From assembly GCA_028712605.1 (NCBI GenBank), contig JAQTPV010000001.1, positions 1 to 62,352 of the forward strand: a stretch of DNA of 62,352 nucleotides, read 5' to 3'. The notes under the pieces were generated by a model that saw only the letters and a program-made list of their open reading frames with translations, ran no database searches and was not told where the DNA came from. Positions 26,132 through 35,182 of the stretch are shown one piece after another. The stretch's first letter is position 1. The number at the start of each line of letters is the position of its first letter. The translations under genes and the position numbers were made by a program. This DNA is from Minisyncoccota bacterium. GTDB taxonomy: Bacteria > Patescibacteriota > Minisyncoccia > Minisyncoccales > CG1-02-41-26.

Positions 26132-26642
26132 AAACATAAACACTTTTTTCTTGAGCGATGGGTTGCCAGTTAGGAAGTGGGAAAACAAACGCCACCACGC
26201 GAGCCCCGGGCTTTAATTCCCGTTGTAGCTTCTTAGCCAGGCCTTTCATAATGTAAGGAATACCATAAACAAAAACCACATCATAATCTGATAAGTCCTT
26301 CCACCAAAAGTTAGCCCAACAGGAAAAAACTTTATCAGCTAAACCTTTTTTCCGGGCTGCTTGCTGGGCCCTCACTGCCAAAAAAGGGTTGATTTCTAAT
26401 CCATAGGCCTTTGCCCCTCTTGCAGCTGCCGCCAACAATATCCTGCCATCACCTGAACCCAAGTCTACTATCTTTTGCTCTGGTTGCAAGACAATCATAC
26501 TGAAAGCCTTCTCTATCCTTTCTTGATGGGTAGGCACGTAGGGAGCTCCTCTTAAAATAGGAGCTAAAACAAACAGCATAAAAATAACAATGCCGATATC
26601 CAAAATAAGATTTAAGACCGAAATAATGACAATCGCTTCCAT
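26112..26642 (-). CDS. Class I SAM-dependent methyltransferase with an N-terminal TM anchor
   Basis: Motif I VDLGSGDGRILLAAA. Confidence 0.75.
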   Translation of the reverse strand: MEAIVIISVLNLILDIGIVIFMLFVLAPILRGAPYVPTHQERIEKAFSMIVLQPEQKIVDLGSGDGRILLAAAARGAKAYGLEINPFLAVRAQQAARKKGLADKVFSCWANFWWKDLSDYDVVFVYGIPYIMKGLAKKLQRELKPGARVVAFVFPLPNWQPIAQEKSVYVYEKSIS

Positions 26643-26648
26643 AAATTT

Positions 26649-28394
26649 CTACTCAAACCAAAAAACAATAATCTGACCCATAGTTCTTAGGGTTTTTTGC
26701 CAAAAAGATTGAGGGGGAGGCTCTGTACTTGGCGCAGTGCCTGGCGAATAATCAGAGGGCGGCGGCTCTGCACCGGGTTGGTCAGACAGTCCTTGGCTGC
26801 CATCTCCTGGCGGTGGGGCTGTCATCTGCGGCGCCTGGTTCATCATCTGCTGTATAATCTGTTGCTGTATCTGTTGAATTTCTTCTCCTGTGGGCGGAGC
26901 AGTCATACCTCCTGGTGCTGGCATGCCTCCTGGTGGAGGCGCCATATTTTCTGGTACCTGGACGCCTTGAGGCATATTTTGCTGAATCATTTCTTGAATT
27001 TGCTGTTGGTCAGGCGCTTGACCGCCAGTTCCCCCGCCTTGAGGACCCATAAAATTATCGCCAGCTGGTATATTGCCTCCTGCTGCAGGACCAAATCGCA
27101 TACATTCTTGCTGATTATCAGGGTTTTGACAAAAGCTCTGGCATTCCTCTGGGGTTTTGCAACCCCCTGGTCCTGCAGCAGGCATTGGGCTGCCTGGCTG
27201 ACCTTGCGGCGCCTGATTCATCATCTGCTGCATTTGGGAAGCTTGCTCGGGTGTTACTTCCCCCATTTTAACTGCAAAGTCTAAACATTCTTGTCTATTT
27301 GTTGGATTATCACAATAACTCTGACACTCCTGTCCGCCCTTACAACCGCCCGGACCACCTTGAGCGCCCAGCTCTGCCATTTTCCTGGCTCTGTTGGCGT
27401 CTTCAGGCTTCATAAAGCCTGCCTTTTCGGCAAAATCAGCACATTCAGCTAAATTCTTAACATCATTGCAATACTTTTCACATTCCTCTTTACCCTTGCA
27501 TCCGCCTGGACCACCCTGCAAACCCATCTTTACCATTTTTTTAGCCTGTTCTGCTTCCTCGGCCGTCATCATCCCATTTTTGACCCCAAAGTCAATGCAC
27601 TCTTCTATATGCGACTCGTCATTACAATAAGCATCGCATTCCTCTTTGTTCTTGCAGCCGCCTGGCCCCTTACCGCCAGTTCTTTTAGCCATGGCTGCTT
27701 CTTGGGCGGTCATAAACCCGGCCGCTTGAGCAAAGTTCAAACACTCCTCAAAATGATTTTCTTCTTGGCAGTATTGATCACATTCTTGTTTGCCACGGCA
27801 AGGAGGCATTTTAGCTCCTTTTTTCACGGCCTCCAAAACCTGCTTAGCCTCTTTCATCTCTGAAGCTGACATAAGGCCCGCGGCTTCAGCAAAACTTAAA
27901 CAGACCTCCATATTTTCTGGTTGCTGACAAACCTCATCGCATTCTTTTTTATTTTTGCAAGGTGGAGGAGACACTCCTTGCCTTAGAGCAGATGCCACTT
28001 GCTTCATTTCCTGAAGCTCCAGCTGGGATAATAATTGATACTTTTCAGCAAAACTTAAACATTCCTCAATATGTTTGATGTCGTCACAATATTGTTCACA
28101 CTGCTTTTGCCCCAAACAACCTCCCGGGCCTGATTCTTCGCCTGCCTCCAGCATCTTCTTAGCTTGGGCTATCTCTTCTTTGGGCATTAGATTATGATTT
28201 TCAGCGAAACTCAAACAAACTTTCCTGTTTTCTTCTTTATCGCAGTAAGCCTTGCAAGCCTCTTTGTCAGGACAATTCCCCAATTCTTTAATAGGGTATT
28301 GAAAATTATCTAAGGCAGGCTCACTTTGGGCAAAGGTTTGATAATAAAATAATGCCGCTATCAAGGTTGACAAAATAAGTAAGATTTTTTTCAT
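26649..28394 (-). CDS. Secreted protein with 8 tandem ~50-aa four-cysteine repeats, a Pro/Gln/Gly-rich tail and a C-terminal hydrophobic segment
   Basis: Signal peptide, then 8 copies of C-x5-C-x3-C-x8-C followed by F[AG]E..G.M...E...A (for example CKNKEECDAYCNDESHIEECIDFGVKNGMMTAEEAEQAKKM). The tail is rich in PPG/QQ. Confidence 0.7.
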   Translation of the reverse strand: MKKILLILSTLIAALFYYQTFAQSEPALDNFQYPIKELGNCPDKEACKAYCDKEENRKVCLSFAENHNLMPKEEIAQAKKMLEAGEESGPGGCLGQKQCEQYCDDIKHIEECLSFAEKYQLLSQLELQEMKQVASALRQGVSPPPCKNKKECDEVCQQPENMEVCLSFAEAAGLMSASEMKEAKQVLEAVKKGAKMPPCRGKQECDQYCQEENHFEECLNFAQAAGFMTAQEAAMAKRTGGKGPGGCKNKEECDAYCNDESHIEECIDFGVKNGMMTAEEAEQAKKMVKMGLQGGPGGCKGKEECEKYCNDVKNLAECADFAEKAGFMKPEDANRARKMAELGAQGGPGGCKGGQECQSYCDNPTNRQECLDFAVKMGEVTPEQASQMQQMMNQAPQGQPGSPMPAAGPGGCKTPEECQSFCQNPDNQQECMRFGPAAGGNIPAGDNFMGPQGGGTGGQAPDQQQIQEMIQQNMPQGVQVPENMAPPPGGMPAPGGMTAPPTGEEIQQIQQQIIQQMMNQAPQMTAPPPGDGSQGLSDQPGAEPPPSDYSPGTAPSTEPPPQSFWQKTLRTMGQIIVFWFE

Positions 28395-28433
28395 AAGTAT
28401 GCTTGGTTAATTCATTAAATTGCCCACCTGCTT

Positions 28434-28673
28434 TTATTCAAAGGGGTTCTTATAAGTATCCTTAAACGGATTTTTAACTGCGTCCATGGGATTGACTGAA
28501 GGCACATTTTCCAAGGGATTGCCCACCACGTTCCCAGCCTCAACCTTGGCACCCGTTGTTTGCGCTTTTTGATAACCAGCCTCATAGCCTACCTTGTAAC
28601 TCACTATGTAAACAGCAACTGCGGCGATGATTAAAATAATGGAAAAGATAACTATCAAAATTTTTGTGCTCAT
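28434..28673 (-). CDS. Small membrane-anchored hypothetical protein
   Basis: 79 aa with one N-terminal TM helix. Confidence 0.4.
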   Translation of the reverse strand: MSTKILIVIFSIILIIAAVAVYIVSYKVGYEAGYQKAQTTGAKVEAGNVVGNPLENVPSVNPMDAVKNPFKDTYKNPFE

Positions 28674-28747
28674 ATATTTTATTGAGAAATTATAATTTAT
28701 GTTTTACGAGGTTGCGTAAGCCATAAATCTTAAACTTATTATAAATT

Positions 28748-28771
28748 AAAAAACCGAGTCTCACAACTCGG
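28748..28771 (-). terminator. Intrinsic terminator after gdh
   Basis: Minus strand: CCGAGT-tgtgag-ACTCGG followed by TTTTTT. Confidence 0.6.
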
Positions 28772-28797
28772 ACTAAATTAAAATTCCTATCTCCTTT

Positions 28798-30060
28798 CTA
28801 AAGATTGCCTCGTAATTTTTCAGCTGCTAAAATCCGCTGAACAGCCAAAATATGACTGGCCAATCTTAAGCTGCAATTTTCCTGCTGGCTTTTTTCCCAA
28901 ACCCGTTCAAAGGCCTTGGTAATTTTTTCGGCCAGTTTTCTGAAAACTTTATCTTCAGTCCAATAATCATTACTGGAATTTTGGAGCCATTCAAAATAAC
29001 TAACAATCACCCCGCCACTATTAGCCAAAATATCTGGCACCACATCAACATTGCGAGAAAATAAGACGACATCAGCTTCAGGCAAAACAGGATCATTGGC
29101 CATCTCCAAAACGATACTCGCTTTTATTTGGCCGGCATTTTCCTTATTGATTTGGCAACAAACTGCTGCTGGCACTAAAATATCGCAATCCAAAGTTAAA
29201 AGCTGTTGGTTGGTAATAACTTCAACGCCTTCAAACTCATCAGGTAGGAACCCTTTCTTAGTTTGGGTATGCAGAATCTTTTTAACATCTAAGCCCTGGG
29301 GGTTATAAAAACCCTTATTTTGATCGCTAAGGGCCACGATCTTGTAGCCCCATTCATCTAAAATCCGGGCCATGTTAGCTCCCACATTGCCGAATCCCTG
29401 AACAGCCACCCTCAAATTACCAGGATTTAAGTTTTTAATCTTAATTAATTCTTGCAAGATAAAGCACCCTCCCAAAGCAGTAGCCACTACCCTGCCAGCT
29501 GAACCGCCTAACTCTAAAGGCTTGCCAGTGATAATAGCTGGAGTAAACCGGCCTTTGATTTTGGAATATTCATCAACCATCCAAGCCATTATTTGCTCAT
29601 CAGTATTGACATCAGGGGCTGGGATATCAACATCAGGCCCAATAAAATTATGGACCTCCCGAATATAGCCCCGAGATAGCCTTTCCAGCTCTGCTTGAGA
29701 TAAAGTATAAGGATCAATTTCCACACCACCCTTTGATCCGCCAAAAGGTAAACCAGCCAAAGAGCATTTTAAGGCCATCAAAAATGATAAGGTATTTACT
29801 TCATCCAAATCCACATGCTGATGAAAACGAATACCGCCCTTGGTCGGCCCCAAGGCATCATTATATTGCACCCGATAGCCATTTAAAAAAACTATTTCCC
29901 CAGAATCCCTCCTTAAGGGAATAGTAAAGGTGAATACCCTTTTGGGCCTTTGCAGAAGATTGATTTCTGCGCCGCTCAAAGCCAGCTTAGCAGCCACGCT
30001 AGCTAAATGAGTATTACACTTCGTGCAACACCTTTTGCAAGTATTTTCACAGATGTTCAT
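28798..30060 (-). CDS. gdhA: Glutamate dehydrogenase (Glu/Leu/Phe/Val dehydrogenase family)
   Basis: GPTKGGIRFH, catalytic LPFGGSKGG, Rossmann GFGNVG. The N-terminal 17 residues are Cys-rich and may not be translated, because an in-frame GTG lies further in. Confidence 0.95.
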   Translation of the reverse strand: MNICENTCKRCCTKCNTHLASVAAKLALSGAEINLLQRPKRVFTFTIPLRRDSGEIVFLNGYRVQYNDALGPTKGGIRFHQHVDLDEVNTLSFLMALKCSLAGLPFGGSKGGVEIDPYTLSQAELERLSRGYIREVHNFIGPDVDIPAPDVNTDEQIMAWMVDEYSKIKGRFTPAIITGKPLELGGSAGRVVATALGGCFILQELIKIKNLNPGNLRVAVQGFGNVGANMARILDEWGYKIVALSDQNKGFYNPQGLDVKKILHTQTKKGFLPDEFEGVEVITNQQLLTLDCDILVPAAVCCQINKENAGQIKASIVLEMANDPVLPEADVVLFSRNVDVVPDILANSGGVIVSYFEWLQNSSNDYWTEDKVFRKLAEKITKAFERVWEKSQQENCSLRLASHILAVQRILAAEKLRGNL

Positions 30061-30459
30061 AAAATATGATAAGGTGGTGTTATTATACTTTGTTCAACTA
30101 CCCAATACAATAAGCCGAAATTGCAAAATAACAGGGGTTACCATAATATAACTCTTTGGAAAGTCATAAATGGAACCCCTGGAAATCCTACTTTGATGAG
30201 ACTTTTGTCTTTTTACTACTTCCTTTCCTGGTTTTGCCAGGTTTTACAAAATCTCTTTTGTTTCTATTGCCCAGATATCTCTTAGAATTCATTGGCCCTT
30301 CCTCCAAAATAAGAGGGGGGGCCATCCGCCAAGCTCAATACATCTATGCTGGGCTTCACCCTTGGAACCCATCCCTGATAATTATTCCGAGATTTGATTC
30401 AGAAAGATCAGCGCCCATTTGGTTCTCCTCGGACAGCACCCCTTCAACAGTTTCAGATG

Positions 30460-30600
30460 CTATCTAAAATTACGCATCCCGCCATTTCTATTGTGGCGCA
30501 CATCCTTGGATATACCCAGTCTTTCATCTGAAATCTTAACTCTTCTTTTACCTCGTTCCGTCGTATTTTTCCCGCCCTTTACGATCACTGTTTTGCCCAT
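30460..30600 (-). other. Mini-ORF b (46 aa, basic), overlapping mini-ORF a in another frame
   Basis: AAGGAG lies 9 nt upstream of the ATG, and the spacer contains the A8 run at 30602-30609. MGKTVIVKGGKNTTERGKRRVKISDERLGISKDVRHNRNGGMRNFR. Confidence 0.2.
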
Positions 30601-30754
30601 CTTTTTTTTCTCCTTGTCTTTTTCTTTTTTTCTGTTCCGCCTTCTCTTCGGCATAAACTTCACTCAACCAATTATCTACTTGGTCGCTGCAAAATTTGCC
30701 GACATTAAGATATTTTTGACCTATCCCATTAACATGAGTGTGAACCTTTCCCAT
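30548..30754 (-). other. Mini-ORF a (68 aa, Lys/Arg/Glu-rich tail) in the gene-poor region
   Basis: AAGGAAG lies 6 nt upstream of the ATG. MGKVHTHVNGIGQKYLNVGKFCSDQVDNWLSEVYAEEKAEQKKRKRQGEKKD... No family recognised. Confidence 0.25.
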
Positions 30755-30995
30755 TCGCCACTTCCTTAGTTCAAGGGTATCTAAACGATAAAAGATAAAA
30801 AACGGAAAAGATCAAAAAGAAAAAGGACACTTGAGTTCCACATGGGCAATTTTTTTCATAATTGTTCAACCCTTTCCTCTCAATACGCCCTAAGACGCAA
30901 ATAGGTTTATAAAGAACGCTCCTCTCAAACAATTTCTATTCTTTAAGATTTTCTGAAAAAAGTCAACCCTCCCATACTGATTTTGGTAATAAATA

Positions 30996-31024
30996 TTGAG
31001 TTTTCGGTCCTTTGGGACTACAAT
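30996..31024 (+). promoter_or_regulatory. Sigma70-like promoter candidate for the nagB fusion gene (TTGAGT-17-TACAAT)
   Basis: Hexamers at 30996-31001 and 31019-31024. The ATG is at 31053. Confidence 0.4.
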
Positions 31025-31052
31025 AAAAATTGTTTCTTGATACTATTAATTT

Positions 31053-32903
31053 ATGCCCGAGCAAAATAATTTAGAAAAAATACCGATACGAATATTCCCT
31101 AATGAAACAGGCGAGCTTTCCATTGAAATAGCCAAAATCATTGCTCAAAAAATAAAGGAAAATAACCAGGCGGGTGAAAAAACCGTCTTAGGTTTAGCCA
31201 CCGGCCACACCCCCCTGGATGTTTATCGTGAACTGGTTAGGATGCGCCAAGAGGAAGGATTGAGCTTTAAAAACGTTATCACCTTTAACCTGGATGAGTA
31301 CTATGGTGTGCCCCCCGAGGAGCATAGAAGCTACCACCGTTTTATGATGGAAAACCTGTTTAACTATTTAGACATTGAAAAAGAAAATATCCATATCCCC
31401 GATGGCTTAGTCTCTCAAAATCAGATAAGCCAATACTGCGCTGATTATGAAAAGGCCATTGAACAGACTGGGGGCATTGATACCCAAATTTTAGGCATTG
31501 GCCGAGATGGCCACATTGGCTTTAATGAGCCCGGCTCCCCCATGGATTCTAAAACCAGATTGATTACCCTTGATGAAATAACCAGAAAAGATGCCGTTTC
31601 TGATTTCAATGAAATTAAGTTTGTACCCAAACAGGCTTTAACTATGGGGGTAAGCTCCATTTTGTCAGCCAAGCAGATTATTTTAATTGCCCGAGGCGAC
31701 CACAAAGCCAAAATTATTAAAGAAACAGTAGAGGGCCCTGTCGCGGACAAGATAACGGCCTCACATTTGCAAGAGCACCCAAATACCATTATCTTTGCTG
31801 ACCAAGCAGCAGCCTCTGAATTAACCAGAATAAAAACCCCTTGGTTATGCGGCCCAGTGGATTGGGTTGATAAAAAATTAGCCTACGGAGCCATTTGTTA
31901 CCTATCCCAAAAGCTACAAAAACCGTTATCAGAACTTTCAGAAAGTGATTTAAAGGAAAATCAAATGGCAGAGTTGCTAAAAAACCACCAATTACTATCC
32001 TTAACCGAAGAAATCGTAGAGAACCTGAAGGCTAAAATAAAAAGCAAGCAAGATTTACCCACTGAAAAGAAAATCCTTATTTTCGCCCCGCACCCTGACG
32101 ACGACGTAATCTCTCTGGGGGCCACTATTAAAAAATTAATTGATAATAAGAACCAAATAGTTTCTGTTTATATGACCCCAGGCTATACTGCCGTGTTTGA
32201 CTACGCGGTGGAAAATTTCCTTTTACAGCTGGAAAAAATTCATTTGGCTTTTGACTTTGAAGATAAATTTCAAAGTATTCGTGAAAATATCAGGCAATTT
32301 TTGCAAAAGAAAAACGCTTCTCCCTTCGGCTCCTTAGACACCCCCGAGGTTTTAAGGGTCAAAACGGTTATTAGGATGGTGGAAGCGATATCGGCCTGTG
32401 AATTTTTAGGGGTTCAAAAATATGAATTCTTAGAAATGCCGTTTTACAGAACCGGCGGAGCAAAAAAAATGCCCATCAGAGAGGGCGACATCCAAATGGT
32501 TTTCAATGTTTTAAATAAATATCAGCCCGATATTATTTTTGCTGCTGATGATTTAAATGATCCTCATGGCACTCATCGGTTATGTTTATCAGCCATTAAG
32601 CAAGCCTTGGCTCAATATCAAGGGAAGCCCCAGATCTGGTTTTACCGAGGCGCCTGGCAAGAATATCACCCAGGAGAGGCCAATGTTTTTATTCCTCTAA
32701 CCAAAGAGGAAGTGGAAATAAAAAGAAAAAGTATCTTCCGCCATCAGTCACAAAAAGATACTCCTCCCATACCGGGAGCTAGCGATTTGGAGTTTTGGCA
32801 ACGAGCTGAAATACGGAATAAAGCTACGGCCGATCTCCTGAAACTATATGGGATTGGTGATTATGAAGCCGTAGAAGCCTTTAAGGTTAAAGCGGTTGGC
32901 TAA
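31053..32903 (+). CDS. nagB: Glucosamine-6-phosphate deaminase (NagB) fused to a C-terminal LmbE/PIG-L-type deacetylase domain
   Basis: N-terminal half: GLATGHTP, NLDEYYG, GIGRDGHIGFNEPGS. C-terminal half: APHPDDDVISLG and DPHGTHR, which are the zinc-site motifs of PIG-L/LmbE. Confidence 0.85.
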   Translation: MPEQNNLEKIPIRIFPNETGELSIEIAKIIAQKIKENNQAGEKTVLGLATGHTPLDVYRELVRMRQEEGLSFKNVITFNLDEYYGVPPEEHRSYHRFMMENLFNYLDIEKENIHIPDGLVSQNQISQYCADYEKAIEQTGGIDTQILGIGRDGHIGFNEPGSPMDSKTRLITLDEITRKDAVSDFNEIKFVPKQALTMGVSSILSAKQIILIARGDHKAKIIKETVEGPVADKITASHLQEHPNTIIFADQAAASELTRIKTPWLCGPVDWVDKKLAYGAICYLSQKLQKPLSELSESDLKENQMAELLKNHQLLSLTEEIVENLKAKIKSKQDLPTEKKILIFAPHPDDDVISLGATIKKLIDNKNQIVSVYMTPGYTAVFDYAVENFLLQLEKIHLAFDFEDKFQSIRENIRQFLQKKNASPFGSLDTPEVLRVKTVIRMVEAISACEFLGVQKYEFLEMPFYRTGGAKKMPIREGDIQMVFNVLNKYQPDIIFAADDLNDPHGTHRLCLSAIKQALAQYQGKPQIWFYRGAWQEYHPGEANVFIPLTKEEVEIKRKSIFRHQSQKDTPPIPGASDLEFWQRAEIRNKATADLLKLYGIGDYEAVEAFKVKAVG

Positions 32904-33730
32904 TCCGCAAGTTGGGCTTTTTGCGGCTTAATCGGACCGCCAAAAAAAAGACTCCCGAGGGTTTGGAATTTGCAGGTTAAATCAGTGGTAAAGAACTGGC
33001 GATGACCAGTTTTTTTAATTTGCCCCTCAATTTCTGGGTGCCGTTTAAGATAGAGCGCTAATTTTTCAGCCACCACTCTGCCTTCAGTAATAACTTTAAT
33101 TTTTGGGCCAGCGATCTTTTTGATTTTCTTTTCCAAAAGTCCATAATGAGTGCAGCCCAAGATTAAAGTGTCTATGCTTTGGCCTAAAAGCGGCTTTAAA
33201 TATTTTTTCAGGGCTAAATCGGCCACTACTGAATTATGCTCTCCGGCCTCCACAATCGGCACCAACAAAGGACAGGCTTCCTGGAAAACTTTAACCCTTG
33301 GATTTAATTTTAAGACCTCTCTTTGGAAAGTTAAAGAAGCTACTGTGCCTTCAGTGCCAATAACACCAATCCTAGCGTTTTTAGTTTTTTCCACAGCCTC
33401 TTCAGCTGCTGGGATAACCACTCCCAAAACCCTTCTTAACGGATAGTGTTTTCTCAAATAATCCTGCTGAATTTTCCTTAAGGCCTCTGCAGAAGCGGTA
33501 TTACAAGCTAAGATAACTAAAGGGCAGCCTTGCTGAAACAAAAAATCCACAGCCTGTTCAGTGAATTTCAGAATAACCTCTTGAGATCTTGAGCCATAAG
33601 GGGTTCTGGCAGTATCGCCCAAGTACAAATAATCATATTGAGGCAAGGATTTAACAATCTGTCTTAAAATTTCCAAGCCCCCAAATCCAGAGTCAAAAAC
33701 CCCTATCGGCCCTTTAGCTATTTTGTCCAT
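32900..33730 (-). CDS. murI: Glutamate racemase
   Basis: GVFDSGFGGL, ACNTAS, GCTHY. Start moved to the Met at 33730. Confidence 0.9.
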   Translation of the reverse strand: MDKIAKGPIGVFDSGFGGLEILRQIVKSLPQYDYLYLGDTARTPYGSRSQEVILKFTEQAVDFLFQQGCPLVILACNTASAEALRKIQQDYLRKHYPLRRVLGVVIPAAEEAVEKTKNARIGVIGTEGTVASLTFQREVLKLNPRVKVFQEACPLLVPIVEAGEHNSVVADLALKKYLKPLLGQSIDTLILGCTHYGLLEKKIKKIAGPKIKVITEGRVVAEKLALYLKRHPEIEGQIKKTGHRQFFTTDLTCKFQTLGSLFFGGPIKPQKAQLAD

Positions 33731-34217
33731 ACTTCTTTCTTTCAAAAACTACAAAGGAATAAGCGTAAGAATTTTTCTCGTCAGCCTTGCGGTCTTCTCT
33801 AAAAATTTCTTGCCAATGATTGTTATCAAATTCAGGGAAAAAAGTGTCTCCCTCAAAATTATGATGCACAAAAGTTAAATACATTTTATCAGCCAGAGGT
33901 AAAAACTGTTTATAAACTGAAGCGCCTCCACCAATCATGACCTCATCAGCTGGTTCGGCTAATTTTAAGGCCGCCTCCAAATCACTGGCCACCAAGCAAC
34001 CATCGGCCCGGTAGCTTGGATTATTGCTTAAAACAATGTTGGTCCTGCCTGGTAAGGCCTTGCCAATAGACTCAAAAGTTCTAGCCCCCATAATGATAGG
34101 CTTGCCTAAACTTACTTTTTTAAAGTATTCAAAATCAGCCGGTAAATGCCAAGGCAAAGCATTATTCTTGCCAATCACCATATTGTCAGCCACAGCAGCG
34201 ATAATAGAAATAATCAT
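33714..34217 (-). CDS. folA: Dihydrofolate reductase
   Basis: IIAAVADNMVIGKNNALPWHLPADFEYFK..GKPIIMGARTFESIG. Confidence 0.9.
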   Translation of the reverse strand: MIISIIAAVADNMVIGKNNALPWHLPADFEYFKKVSLGKPIIMGARTFESIGKALPGRTNIVLSNNPSYRADGCLVASDLEAALKLAEPADEVMIGGGASVYKQFLPLADKMYLTFVHHNFEGDTFFPEFDNNHWQEIFREDRKADEKNSYAYSFVVFERKKYGQNS

Positions 34218-34219
34218 GC

Positions 34220-35044
34220 CTAAACTGCCATTTCCGCTTTAATTGGCGGGTGGCTTTGGTAATCAATTAACTTAATATCGTCCATAGCAAACTTATCAAT
34301 ATCTTTTATTTCGGGATTTAACCATAACTTAGGCGGAGCCAAGGGCACACGGGATAATTGCTCTTTAACCTGCTCAAAATGGTTTAAATAAATATGAGCA
34401 TCCCCTAAAATATGGACAAATTCACCAACCCCCAAACCAACCACTTGAGCTACCATGCTCAAAAGCAATGAATAAGAAGCAATGTTAAACGGCACGCCCA
34501 AAAACATATCACAGCTTCGTTGATACATTAGTAATGAGAGCTTATTATTGGCTACAAAAAAATGATAAAGCAAATGGCAAGGCGGTAAAGCCATCATTTC
34601 CAGCTCTGCTGGATTCCACGCTGAAACCAGTGAACGAGTGTCATAGGGATTATTTTTAATATTCTCAATAGCCTTTTTAAGTTGATCAATTGGTTGATCA
34701 GTGTAGGGCGATTTCCAGCTTCGCCACTGAACACCATATACCCTGCCCAAGTCTCCTTCAAACTCGGCTTTAGGTTTCCAATAGGGAGCCTCGGCATTAG
34801 CATCCCAAATATGACAACCCATCTCTTGAAGCTTTTTATTATCGCTACTACCCATCAAAAACCACAATAGCTCTGCCTTCACAGCGTTAAAGGCCAATTT
34901 TTTGGTGGTTACAGCTGGGAAACCTTCAGCTAAATTAAAACGCATCGGCACGCCAAAAATTGCCCTTCTACCCACCCCTGTCCTATCAGGCCTGTCTACT
35001 CCATTATTCAAAACATATTGCAACGCTTCTAAATATTGTTTCAT
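34220..35044 (-). CDS. thyA: Thymidylate synthase (ThyA type)
   Basis: DRTGVG, LPPCH, SCDMFLGVPFNIASY. Confidence 0.95.
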   Translation of the reverse strand: MKQYLEALQYVLNNGVDRPDRTGVGRRAIFGVPMRFNLAEGFPAVTTKKLAFNAVKAELLWFLMGSSDNKKLQEMGCHIWDANAEAPYWKPKAEFEGDLGRVYGVQWRSWKSPYTDQPIDQLKKAIENIKNNPYDTRSLVSAWNPAELEMMALPPCHLLYHFFVANNKLSLLMYQRSCDMFLGVPFNIASYSLLLSMVAQVVGLGVGEFVHILGDAHIYLNHFEQVKEQLSRVPLAPPKLWLNPEIKDIDKFAMDDIKLIDYQSHPPIKAEMAV

Positions 35045-35182
35045 ATTTTATCTGGGTTGATTATACCACAAAACAAGAGTCCTCAAAAATAGTTGCAAAA
35101 AACAGAAACAGCGCTAATAATTAAACTGGCTAAACAATGTTCTCATTATTAAATTTTATATAGAAACAGGAGGAAGCTAGCA

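Noticed and set aside
26697-27284. 195-aa plus-strand ORF (plus 27394..27630 and 27609..27863)
   Set aside because: It is antisense to the Cys-repeat protein gene. The Arg/Leu/Trp/His-rich low-complexity products are typical shadow ORFs.
30595-30615. Programmed -1 frameshift at GAAAAAAAAG between the two mini-ORFs
   Set aside because: The downstream frame is +1 (or -2) relative to the upstream one, not -1, so the classical A-AAA-AAG slippage model does not connect them. An indel or phase variation remains possible and is reported as a finding instead.
30156-30769. Plus-strand ORFs 30156..30467 and 30419..30769
   Set aside because: Both lie on the pyrimidine-rich strand. The Leu/Phe/Ser/Pro low-complexity products have no start context or motifs.
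30150-30995. tmRNA, RNase P RNA or group II intron in the gene-poor region
   Set aside because: There is no tRNA-like GGTTCGA..CCA end and no GAGGAAAGTCC-type CR-I box in the right order. GGAGGAAGGGCC and AAGGGTGAAGCCC occur, but in the wrong order and spacing. No domain V-like hairpin is present.
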